Source: Muribaculaceae bacterium
Lineage (GTDB): Bacteria; Bacteroidota; Bacteroidia; Bacteroidales; Muribaculaceae
DNA: 64,000 nt
Assembly (NCBI GenBank): GCA_051871275.1
Contig: JBJECR010000116.1
Span: 6,775 to 70,774, forward strand
Direction: 5' to 3'
Positions 16,691-24,871 of this stretch are shown piece after piece. The position numbers and the translations under genes are program-made. The notes under the pieces are model-generated. The model was not told the DNA's origin. It saw nothing but the letters and a program-made list of their open reading frames with translations, and searched no databases. Each line of letters begins with the position of its first letter. The stretch's first letter is position 1.

Positions 16691-19600
16691 TTACAATTTG
16701 CCTTTTACAGAAGCAACGCCGTCACTAAAATTGTATGCTTCAATAAATTTAGGTTCTGCAATCCAAGCACCGGTCTTGTCTATAAAGCCATATTTCCTGC
16801 CGATTCTTACCTTAGCTATGCCGTTTACAAAACTGAACGCATCATCAAATTGAGGTTCTATAATAACAGTTCCCGTCTTGTCTATATAGCCCCATTTACC
16901 GTCAATTTTTACTTCGGCAATGCCGTCTTCAAAACTTCTTACAAAATCAAATTGCGGCTCTGCAATCCAGGCTCCGGTCTTGTCAATTAAGCCATATTTA
17001 CCGCCTATTTCTACTGCGGCAACACCTTCCCTAAAATCGCGTGCATCATCAAATTGCGGCTCTGCAATCCAGGTTCCGGTCTTGTCTATATAGCCATATT
17101 TTCCGTCAATTTTTACATAGGCAATGCCATCAACGAAATCTCCTGCTTCTTCAAATTTTTGCTTTACAATAAATGCTCCTGTTTTATCAATATAGCAATA
17201 TTTTTTGCCAACTTCTACTAAGGCTATGCCGTCTTTGAAATCGTAGACAAACTTAAATTTCGGCTTCGCAATCCACGCTCCTGTCTTATCTATAAAACCC
17301 CATTTACGGTCAATTATTGCAGAGGCAATGCCATCAACGAAATTTCCGACATAATCATATTTCGGCTCTATAATCCAGGCTCCAGTCTTGTTTATATAGC
17401 CCCATTTACCGTCAATTTTTGCTTTTGCTATGCCGTCTTCAAAATTCTCTGCTTTTTCAAATTGCGACTCTATAATCCATGCTCCCGTCTTGTCTATATA
17501 GCCCCATTTACCGTCAATTTTTGCTCTGGCTATGCCGTCTTCAAAATTCTCTGCTTTTTCAAATTGCGACTCTATAACCCATGCTCCCGTCTTGTCTATA
17601 TAGCCATACTTACCGCCAATTTTTACATAGGTAATGCCGTCTTCAAAGTGCCATGCATCATCAAATTGAGGTTCTATAATCCAGGCTCCGGTCTTGTCTA
17701 TATAACCATATTTATCGCCAATTTGAACCGGGGCTATGCCGTCTTCAAAAGACCATACTTTATCAAATTTCGGATCTATAACCCAGGCACCGGTCTTGTC
17801 AATTAAGCCATATTTACCGCCTATTTCTACTGCGGCAACACCTTCCCTAAAATCGCCTGCATCATCAAATTGCGGATCTGCAATCCAGGTTCCGGTCTTG
17901 TCTATATAGCCCCATTTAGCGTCAATTTTCGCTTTGGCTACGCCGTCTTTAAAACTATCTACATCATCAAATTTCGGCTCTATAACCCACGCTCCCGTCT
18001 TATCTATATAGCCATCTTTCCAGTTGATTTGTGCTCGGGCAATGCCGTCTTCAAAACTTCTTACAGAATCAAATTGCGGCTCTGCAATCCAGGCTCCGGT
18101 CTTGTCAATTAAGCCATATTTATCGCCAATTCTTACTTTGCCAAAACCATCTCTAAAATCTTCTGCACCATCAAATTGAGGTTCTATAACCCACGCTCCG
18201 GTCTTGTCTATATAGCCCCATGTACCGTCAATTTTCGCTTTGGCTACGCCGTCTTTAAAATCGCCTACATCATCGAATTTCGGCTCTATAACCCAGGCTC
18301 CGGTCTTATATATATAGCCATCTTTCCAGTTGATTCTTGCTTTGGCAATGCCGTCTTTAAAATGGAATGCATAATCAAATTGCGGCTCTATAACCCATGC
18401 TCCGGTCTTGTCTATATAGCCCCATTTACCATCAATTTCCACTTTTGCAATGCCGTCTTCAAAGTGCCATGCATCATCAAATTGAGGTTCTATAATCCAG
18501 GCTCCGGTCTTGTCTATATAACCATATTTACCGCCAATTTTTACATAGGTAATGCCGTCTTGAAAATCTTCTGCATCATCAAATTGCGGCTCTATGATCC
18601 ATGCTGCGGTTTTGTCTATATAACCCCATTTATCGTCAATTTCTGCTGCGGCTATGTCATCTTTAAAACGCCATACATCATCAAATTGCGGATCTATAAC
18701 CCAGGCTCCCGTATTGTTTATATAGCCACATTTACCCTCAATTTTTGCTTTTGCTATGCCGTCAAGAAAATCTTGTGCTTCGTCAAATTGCGGCTCCGCA
18801 ATCCATGCACCGGTCTTGTCTATATAGCCCCATTCACCATCAATTTCTACCCTGGCAATGCCGTCTTTAAAATCTTCTGCTTCATCAAATTGCGGCTCTG
18901 CAATCCATGCTCCGGTCTTGTCTATATAGCCCCATTTACCATCAATTTCCACTTTTGCAATGCCGTCTTCAAAGTGCCATGCATCATCAAATTGAGGTTC
19001 TATAATCCAGGCTCCGGTCTTGTCTATATAACCATATTTACCGCCAATTTTTACACTGGCAATGTCATCGCAAAATTCTTTTGCTTCATCAAATTGCGGC
19101 TCTATAACCCATGCTCCGGTCTTGTCTATATAGCCCCATTCACCATCAATTTCTACCCTGGCAATGCCGTCTTTAAAATCTTCTGCTTCATCAAATTGCG
19201 GCTCTATAATCCATGCTCCCGTCTTATCTATATAGCCACATTTAGGTACTCTCTTTTCTTCGTTATCCTCATCTTCGTCGTCATAAACAGACCAAATCTG
19301 TTCTTCATCTATTTCTCTTGAGTCCATAGGGTAGCAGTCTGTATAGGCTACTCCATCATAGACAAAAGCAATAAGCATTGGCTCGTCAATGTCGTTAGGA
19401 TATATAAAATCGCGGCACATAAGATGAGCCTTTTTTGGATCAAATTCTTCATCCTCCGGTATCTCGATATTAAAATTACAGGAAGACTTGTTGATATGGC
19501 AAATACCTGTGTCCGCTTCGACATTTTCAAAAAATTCCGCAGCAACAACTTCTCCCATTCCTTCAAATTCTTCATTACCATAGTCTCCTTCATCAAAATC

Positions 19601-19774
19601 TTCAGGAGTATATCGCTTGTCATCAATTATAAAAACAAGGTCTTCTTCCGCAGAGAATCGGGAAATACCATCAATTAAATCGCCTGCCCCATCTTGAGCA
19701 TAAAGTTCTTTCTCAATTCCAAAAATGCTGACCGATACTGATTTCTTAGCCTTTTCGCCTTTTTTTGTTTTCAT
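16691..19774 (-). CDS. WG-containing-repeat (KWG/WG_beta_rep) protein: a ~175-aa acidic non-repeat N-terminal domain plus 25 tandem 34-aa repeats.
   Basis: I counted 25 consecutive units of G(Y/L/F)IDKTGAW(I/V)IEPQFD.A..F.DGIA.V.I.GKW, each exactly 34 aa. The N-terminus MKTKKGEKAKKSVSVSIFGIEKEL... has no signal-peptide-like hydrophobic segment or lipobox. Confidence 0.85.
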   Translation of the reverse strand: MKTKKGEKAKKSVSVSIFGIEKELYAQDGAGDLIDGISRFSAEEDLVFIIDDKRYTPEDFDEGDYGNEEFEGMGEVVAAEFFENVEADTGICHINKSSCNFNIEIPEDEEFDPKKAHLMCRDFIYPNDIDEPMLIAFVYDGVAYTDCYPMDSREIDEEQIWSVYDDEDEDNEEKRVPKCGYIDKTGAWIIEPQFDEAEDFKDGIARVEIDGEWGYIDKTGAWVIEPQFDEAKEFCDDIASVKIGGKYGYIDKTGAWIIEPQFDDAWHFEDGIAKVEIDGKWGYIDKTGAWIAEPQFDEAEDFKDGIARVEIDGEWGYIDKTGAWIAEPQFDEAQDFLDGIAKAKIEGKCGYINNTGAWVIDPQFDDVWRFKDDIAAAEIDDKWGYIDKTAAWIIEPQFDDAEDFQDGITYVKIGGKYGYIDKTGAWIIEPQFDDAWHFEDGIAKVEIDGKWGYIDKTGAWVIEPQFDYAFHFKDGIAKARINWKDGYIYKTGAWVIEPKFDDVGDFKDGVAKAKIDGTWGYIDKTGAWVIEPQFDGAEDFRDGFGKVRIGDKYGLIDKTGAWIAEPQFDSVRSFEDGIARAQINWKDGYIDKTGAWVIEPKFDDVDSFKDGVAKAKIDAKWGYIDKTGTWIADPQFDDAGDFREGVAAVEIGGKYGLIDKTGAWVIDPKFDKVWSFEDGIAPVQIGDKYGYIDKTGAWIIEPQFDDAWHFEDGITYVKIGGKYGYIDKTGAWVIESQFEKAENFEDGIARAKIDGKWGYIDKTGAWIIESQFEKAENFEDGIAKAKIDGKWGYINKTGAWIIEPKYDYVGNFVDGIASAIIDRKWGFIDKTGAWIAKPKFKFVYDFKDGIALVEVGKKYCYIDKTGAFIVKQKFEEAGDFVDGIAYVKIDGKYGYIDKTGTWIAEPQFDDARDFREGVAAVEIGGKYGLIDKTGAWIAEPQFDFVRSFEDGIAEVKIDGKWGYIDKTGTVIIEPQFDDAFSFVNGIAKVRIGRKYGFIDKTGAWIAEPKFIEAYNFSDGVASVKGKL
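16694..19246 (-). repeat. 102-bp tandem coding repeat array (25 units) inside the WG-repeat gene.
   Basis: The periodicity is seen at both the DNA and protein level. Units 3 and 8 are identical at the protein level. Units 1/4 and 17/18 differ by 1-2 residues. Unit 16 is a mosaic of the head of units 3/8 and the tail of unit 7. Confidence 0.9.
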
Positions 19775-19847
19775 ATTTGCATTGCATCTTGCCTTTAGAA
19801 ACCCGGTGAGGCATTTATATTAAACTTAAGGTAAACTACACAACAAT

Positions 19848-20186
19848 AAAAAAACGTAGGTTTCCAACTCTGCTCGTCCGCTGTTTTGGCCCTGAGATTG
19901 CCCTGTGTGTGAACTCGCAGAGTGACTACCTACGCCGGTATGATACACGTAACTCCGGGAAAGTGTGCCCTGAGGAAATAAAATACCCTCATGCACACCC
20001 CGGGATACCATTTATTGCATACCCGTAGCATTCACTTCCGACATTGTCCTTGACACACAATTTGAGTTTCTCAGGTTCAAACAGCCAATAGACAAAGCAT
20101 CGATGACGCTTTTACATTATGTAGTGCCCCACCCACCCGCTGCATCCTTTTTGATGGCACGGCGCAGGCAAGACGCTACAAATATA
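19848..20186 (-). ncRNA. Candidate structured non-coding element, copy B. It is a paralogue of the element at 8310-8696.
   Basis: It lies in an ORF-poor gap between the secDF terminator and the WG-repeat gene. On the minus strand there is a TATATTTG at 20186-20179, then GGGTGGGT (20138-20131) 40 nt downstream, followed by GGAAGTGAATGCTACGGGTATGC, GGGCAAT (19903-19897) and GGACGAG (19879-19873). A closing helix pairs 19928-19934 (acctacg) with 19855-19861 (cgtaggt) and is followed by a U7 tract (19848-19854). Confidence 0.3.
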
Positions 20187-20270
20187 GATATTAATTCTAA
20201 AAAGTTCAAATAAATTGCAATTTTTTTTAAATAATAATTAAAAACTACACGCACGCAGTGAAAGAAGCAC

Positions 20271-20301
20271 AAAAAAAGCCGCCCGGAATTTTCCGAGCGG
20301 C
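20271..20301 (-). terminator. Rho-independent terminator of secDF.
   Basis: The minus strand reads GCCGCTCGGAAAATTCCGGGCGGC followed by TTTTTTT. It lies 28 nt downstream of the secDF stop. Confidence 0.7.
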
Positions 20302-20328
20302 TTGTGGTATTTCTATGTTGCTACCTGC

Positions 20329-23211
20329 TTATTTCTTTTTGGAAACGAGGTATGCAACAGGAGATGCGATGTAAATTGTGGCAAGTGTACCGATAACAAC
20401 ACCGAGTGTCATTGCGAAGATGAAACTGCGGAGGCTGTCACCACCAAGGATGAAGATACACAGAAGCACGAGCAATGTGGTTCCTGATGTCATAACCGTA
20501 CGAGCCAAAGTGGAGTTGATTGACTTGTTGATTGTGTCAAAGAATGTTGCCTTTGGATAGAGTGCAGTGTTTTCACGTACACGGTCAAAGACTACCACGG
20601 TATCGTTTATCTGATAACCGATAACGGTCAAGATTGCAGCGATGAAGTTCTGGTCAACTTCCATTGCGAATGGGAGGATTCCCCAGAAGAAGCTGTAAAT
20701 ACCGATGATTGAGAATGCCGTGAATGCTACTGCGGAGAGTGCACCGAGTGAGAATGCAACGTTGCGGAAGCGGAAGAGGATGTAGAGGAACATTGCGAGG
20801 AGTGAGAGTGCTACTGCAATGTATGCTTCGTTACGCATATCGTTTGCCACTGTAGGACCTACTTTCTGTGAAGAAAGGATACCTTGCGTATCGTCTGTTG
20901 CGGAGAAGCTTTCAATAGTCATGCCTTCCGGAACGTAGTTTTGTGCCTGGCAAACTTTATAGAGCTTTTCTACGATTTCCTGTTCTACGCCTGCTTCTTC
21001 GTTATTGATTTTGTAGTTTGTGGAAATACGTACCTGATTTGAACTTTCAATAGTGATTACTGAAACTTGTGCACCGTCAAATTCCGGAGCGAGCGCTGCC
21101 TGGAGTTCTACTGTGTTGATAGGTTCTTCGAATTTCACTACGTAGTTGCGACCACCGGAGAAGTCAATACCCTGGTTGAGTCCGCGGCCGAAGAGTGATG
21201 CGATAACTGCTACAACGAATACTGCAACAACGATGAAGCTTACTTTACGCTGTCCAATGAAGTTCACTGCCATGTTCTTGAAGACGTTGCGTGAAATAGC
21301 AGTCTCAAATTTGAGGTTCCGGAACGATTTTGCTTTTCCACCTACGATGAACACAATACGTGTGAGGAATACTGCCGTGAAGAATGAGCAGATAATACCG
21401 ATGATAAGTGTAGTGGCGAAACCTTTGATAGGACCTGTACCGTAAAGGAGGAGGATAAGACCTGTGATTACGGAAGTCAAGTTAGAGTCGAAGATTGCAG
21501 AGAAAGCGTTGCTGTAACCGTCGGCGATAGCTGTGCGAACAGGCTTGCCTGCACGGAGCTCTTCTTTTGTACGTTCAAAGATAAGTACGTTTGCGTCAAC
21601 TGCCATACCGAGTGCGAGTACGATACCGGCGATACCGGACATTGTGAGCACTGCCTGGAATGAAGCAAGAATACCGAATGTGAAGAATAGGTTGCAGATA
21701 AGTCCGAGGTCTGCTACGAGTCCCGGGATTACACCGTAGTAGCATACCATAAATATCATAAGGAGAACGAGTGCTATGATAAATGATATGAAACCTGCTT
21801 CAATAGCTTGCTGTCCGAGTGACGGACCGATTACCATGTCTGAGATGATATCTACTTTTGCAGACATCTTACCACTCTTGAGGACGTTTGCAAGGTCTTG
21901 TGCTTCTTCAATAGTGAACTGACCTGTGATTTGTGAACGTCCGCCTTCAATAGCGTTGTTTACATTAGGGAATGAATAAACTACGTCATCAAGGAGAATT
22001 GCGATGGATTTACCGATGTTTGCTTTTGTGATACGAGCCCACTGTTTAGCACCTTCGCTGTTCATTGTCATGGAAACAACGTTTCCCTGGAAATTGTCAA
22101 CGTCTGCAGATGCAGCCACTACGCAAGAACCGTCGAGTGCAGGTTTGCCGTTAGAAGCCTTGAGGGCGATGAGGCGGTAAAGTTCTGCAGGACGAGTTTT
22201 GCCGGATACGGTGTCGTTGAACTGTACTTCTTGCGGCTTAACTTCCCAGCGGAGTTTGAGGTTTGACGGGAGAGCATTGTGTGCTTCCGGTGAATTGAGG
22301 AGTGAGTCGATAGTTTCGCGGTTTTTAGCAAGAGCGTAACCAACGATAGGAGTAGCGGAGTTGTCAACATTCAAGAAATAGTTGAAAAGACCGATACCGC
22401 CGTTTTTCTCGTTGTTTCTCAGAGCAGCGTCAAGGTTACGGAGACCACCGTAAATTTCAGAAGCCTTGTAAGTTTCATAGAACTCAAGGTTTGCAGCACG
22501 CTGGAGAAGGTCACGAACACGCTGGTGGTCCTTCACGCCCGGGAGCTCGAGGAGGATTTGTCCGTCTTTACCCTGGAGCACTTGGATGTTCGGAGAAACC
22601 ACGCCGTAAGCGTCAATACGGCTACGGAGCACGTTAGTAGCAGAGTTGTTCACGCGGTCCTTAACTTCTTGCTTGAGAGTCTTGGCAACAGCGTTGTCGT
22701 CGTCACCGCGTTTTACAACGCCGCTGAAAACGACGGAGAAATCTGCGTTCGGGTTCAACTCGCGATATTTGCGAGTGAATACGCCAACGTAGTCCTCTTC
22801 AATATGATTGTTAATAATAGAATCAGAATAAGCGAGAGCAGCATCAAACGCTTCGTCCGGGTCTGCATTCTTCATAGACTTGAGGATGTCCGGCATAGAC
22901 ACCTGAAGAATAACGTTCATACCTCCTTTGAGGTCAAGACCGAGACCTACGCCCCATTTCTGTACTTCTGAAAATTTGTAACCCAAGAATACGGGTTCTT
23001 TGGCAAGAGAGTCCAGGTAAGCTTTCTTTGCCTTGTTAAACTGGTCGGAATGTTCTCCCGCAGCACCTGCTACGCTTAATGCATACTCATCAGCCTTGCT
23101 TTCATAGTGGTTAGACACTAATGAGAAAGACAAATAAAATAAGCATATCAACACGAGGAACACGGCAATTACGCCGGCAATGATACTTCCTAAAGTTCCT
23201 TTGTTTTGCAT
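20329..23211 (-). CDS. secDF: Fused protein translocase subunit SecDF.
   Basis: 960 aa. N-terminal TM helix, periplasmic domain with GLDLKGG, and two RND-like 6-TM bundles (GIAGIVLALGMAVDANVLIFER; QINDTVVVFDRVRE). Confidence 0.95.
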   Translation of the reverse strand: MQNKGTLGSIIAGVIAVFLVLICLFYLSFSLVSNHYESKADEYALSVAGAAGEHSDQFNKAKKAYLDSLAKEPVFLGYKFSEVQKWGVGLGLDLKGGMNVILQVSMPDILKSMKNADPDEAFDAALAYSDSIINNHIEEDYVGVFTRKYRELNPNADFSVVFSGVVKRGDDDNAVAKTLKQEVKDRVNNSATNVLRSRIDAYGVVSPNIQVLQGKDGQILLELPGVKDHQRVRDLLQRAANLEFYETYKASEIYGGLRNLDAALRNNEKNGGIGLFNYFLNVDNSATPIVGYALAKNRETIDSLLNSPEAHNALPSNLKLRWEVKPQEVQFNDTVSGKTRPAELYRLIALKASNGKPALDGSCVVAASADVDNFQGNVVSMTMNSEGAKQWARITKANIGKSIAILLDDVVYSFPNVNNAIEGGRSQITGQFTIEEAQDLANVLKSGKMSAKVDIISDMVIGPSLGQQAIEAGFISFIIALVLLMIFMVCYYGVIPGLVADLGLICNLFFTFGILASFQAVLTMSGIAGIVLALGMAVDANVLIFERTKEELRAGKPVRTAIADGYSNAFSAIFDSNLTSVITGLILLLYGTGPIKGFATTLIIGIICSFFTAVFLTRIVFIVGGKAKSFRNLKFETAISRNVFKNMAVNFIGQRKVSFIVVAVFVVAVIASLFGRGLNQGIDFSGGRNYVVKFEEPINTVELQAALAPEFDGAQVSVITIESSNQVRISTNYKINNEEAGVEQEIVEKLYKVCQAQNYVPEGMTIESFSATDDTQGILSSQKVGPTVANDMRNEAYIAVALSLLAMFLYILFRFRNVAFSLGALSAVAFTAFSIIGIYSFFWGILPFAMEVDQNFIAAILTVIGYQINDTVVVFDRVRENTALYPKATFFDTINKSINSTLARTVMTSGTTLLVLLCIFILGGDSLRSFIFAMTLGVVIGTLATIYIASPVAYLVSKKK

Positions 23212-23275
23212 GTTAAGTTGTTAAAATATTAGTAGTTATTTAATTATTTAATTTTTTCGACACTATTTCAGCCTG

Positions 23276-23283
23276 CAAATTTA
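23276..23283 (-). promoter_or_regulatory. Candidate Bacteroides-type -7 promoter box (TAAATTTG) for secDF.
   Basis: The plus strand reads caaattta, so the minus strand reads TAAATTTG and matches TAnnTTTG. It lies ~65 nt upstream of the secDF ATG. Confidence 0.35.
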
Positions 23284-23384
23284 GTAATAATCTTTGACAA
23301 TTACGCCATATTAAAGCCGAATTTTTCCACTTTCCGCCATTTTTACCTCATTTTTAGGGCTATTTGTGCTGTTTTTTGCCTCTT

Positions 23385-24668
23385 TCAGTCTTTCAAACAC
23401 CCTACAGGGATAACATAAACGCCATCTTTCCTGCAATACGCATAGCTTCCCACAGCAACAATAACAGCCATAAATGACGGACTTTGCATTTTTTCCGTGT
23501 CAATATTGCCGGCAAGTGATTTCAGGTTTGCCGCTCCTTCATTGATGTTTTCTTCTCCACCAAGTTTCACTTCTATAAGTGCATAACTTCCATTTCTTCT
23601 ATGCAGCACGCAGTCACATTCCAATCCGGAACTATCTCTATAGTGATAAAGCTCACCATCCAGGGCTTCCGAATATACACGCAAATCTCGCACCACCAAA
23701 TCTTCAAAAAAGAATCCAAAAGATTTTAAGTCGTTTATCAAATCATTCGGACCAAGACCTAAAATTGCCGTTCCGATGCTCGGATCCACAAAATGCCTTG
23801 TATCACTCGTTCTTATTGCGGATTTACTCCTTATATTAGGATTCCAAGCGGGAAGGTCTTCAATAACGAAAAGCTTTTTAAATGCATTCACATATTCCGC
23901 AACCGTGTCTTCATCCAGTGTATTGGAATCATTGGAAAGCATATCTTTTCGTATGGTTGTGAATGGTACCTGCTGAGAAATGTTTCGTGCGTATGACCGC
24001 AAAAGGAGTTTTGCACGTTCCGGATTTCTCTTTACTTTGCCAACTCTAACTATATCACGTTGCACAACGGAATCAACATAATCAACAGCCTGGTCCAATG
24101 CAACATCTTTTGGTATCATAGTTGACCAAGGCCAACCTCCTCTACATACCAAATATGCTATATCATTTATATCCAAGTCATTCTTTTGAATATTAAACGG
24201 CTGCCCGTCAAACAAATCTTTCAAACTGACAGAACCTGCAGATTCTCCGGATTCATATAAACTCATAGTACGCATTTTTATAGTTGCATACCTACCTGTC
24301 CCACTATGAACAGTTTCTTCCGCAGACGGCAATACGGAAGACCCGGTAAGAATAAATTGTGACGGTTCTCCTAGAGAATCCACCTCACTTCTGATAGAAT
24401 CCCAAATAGGTGGCAGTGCTTGCCATTCGTCTATCAATCTGGGTGTTTCACCGGACAAAAGCATTTTAGGACTTATTTCTATCATTTGTTCGCTTTGCCG
24501 CAACACTGCTGAATCACCCAAGTCCAAAACGCTTTTTGCTATTTGCTTGGCAGTGGTGGTCTTTCCGCACCATTTAGGACCTTCTATAAGAACTGCACCT
24601 TTACCACGTATTTTTCGTGCTAAAATGCCGTCTGCTATTCTATGTTTATAATTCGTCATCATCTTCAT
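23385..24668 (-). CDS. AAA-family ATPase (AAA_14 plus DUF4143-type architecture).
   Basis: Walker A GPKWCGKTT, Walker B-like PRLIDEWQ, and a C-terminal PD-(D/E)XK-like region (ECDCVL ... ALIEVKLG) typical of DUF4143 proteins. Confidence 0.85.
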   Translation of the reverse strand: MKMMTNYKHRIADGILARKIRGKGAVLIEGPKWCGKTTTAKQIAKSVLDLGDSAVLRQSEQMIEISPKMLLSGETPRLIDEWQALPPIWDSIRSEVDSLGEPSQFILTGSSVLPSAEETVHSGTGRYATIKMRTMSLYESGESAGSVSLKDLFDGQPFNIQKNDLDINDIAYLVCRGGWPWSTMIPKDVALDQAVDYVDSVVQRDIVRVGKVKRNPERAKLLLRSYARNISQQVPFTTIRKDMLSNDSNTLDEDTVAEYVNAFKKLFVIEDLPAWNPNIRSKSAIRTSDTRHFVDPSIGTAILGLGPNDLINDLKSFGFFFEDLVVRDLRVYSEALDGELYHYRDSSGLECDCVLHRRNGSYALIEVKLGGEENINEGAANLKSLAGNIDTEKMQSPSFMAVIVAVGSYAYCRKDGVYVIPVGCLKD

Positions 24669-24727
24669 TATTTTATTGCCGCAAAAATAATTCTTTTTTG
24701 CCTAATTTCCAAATATTTACAAAACTT

Positions 24728-24819
24728 TTCGGTAATTTGTGGCAATTTTATTCGGTGAATTGTGACAAATTTATTCGGTGAATTGTGACGATTTTATTCG
24801 GTGATTTGTGGAAAAAGGG
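24728..24819. repeat. Four tandem 23-nt direct repeats upstream of the ATPase gene.
   Basis: Copies at 24728-24750, 24751-24773, 24774-24796 and 24797-24819 (ttcggtgaattgtgacaaattta and variants). The minus-strand reading of copy 2 contains TAAATTTG (24773-24766). Confidence 0.85.
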
Positions 24820-24871
24820 CAATTTTTGTGTAAAAGACGCAAAAGGTGGACACAGAATTATTTAATGCAAA

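Noticed and set aside
16694-19246. The WG-repeat array as a diversity-generating retroelement target or an invertible phase-variation cassette.
   Set aside because: The window has no reverse transcriptase, no template repeat with adenine-specific differences, no flanking inverted repeats and no invertase. The variation looks like unit shuffling and duplication.
16476-19321. A series of plus-strand ORFs (67-381 aa) with repetitive sequences such as RLYNPGSGLVYIAPFT, lying opposite the WG-repeat gene.
   Set aside because: They are antisense read-through of the 102-bp coding repeats. The repeat periodicity keeps the opposite frame open. The minus-strand product has a recognisable domain family, and the plus-strand products do not.
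19826-20011. A 61-aa minus-strand ORF inside the 19.8-20.3 kb gap.
   Set aside because: The composition is odd (runs of S/G/H/Q) and there is no motif. It overlaps the region better explained as conserved non-coding element B.
19848-20186. Tested whether elements A and B are RNase P RNA, tmRNA, SRP RNA or a tRNA. rnpA is in the window, and islands often insert at tRNA or tmRNA genes.
   Set aside because: There is no GAGGAAAGUCCGG-type P4 strand and no tag-peptide reading frame. There is no 3' ...GGTTCGAATCC...CCA acceptor/T-arm, and the ggttcaaac and ggttcaagc strings lack complementary T-stems. There is no SRP domain-IV motif. This is by-eye inspection only; cmsearch should confirm it.
1-20300. 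Looked for an integrase, transposase, tRNA or conjugation genes that would define the accessory region as a specific mobile element.
   Set aside because: None is present within the window. The element type cannot be named from this sequence alone, so no mobile_element feature was called.
24728-24819. Possible CRISPR array. The same question was asked of the repeats at 34835-34933 and 36413-36457.
   Set aside because: The repeats are contiguous or have constant, related 'spacers'. There are only 3-4 units, no cas genes, and the units are too short or too AT-rich. They are ordinary tandem repeats in promoter regions.
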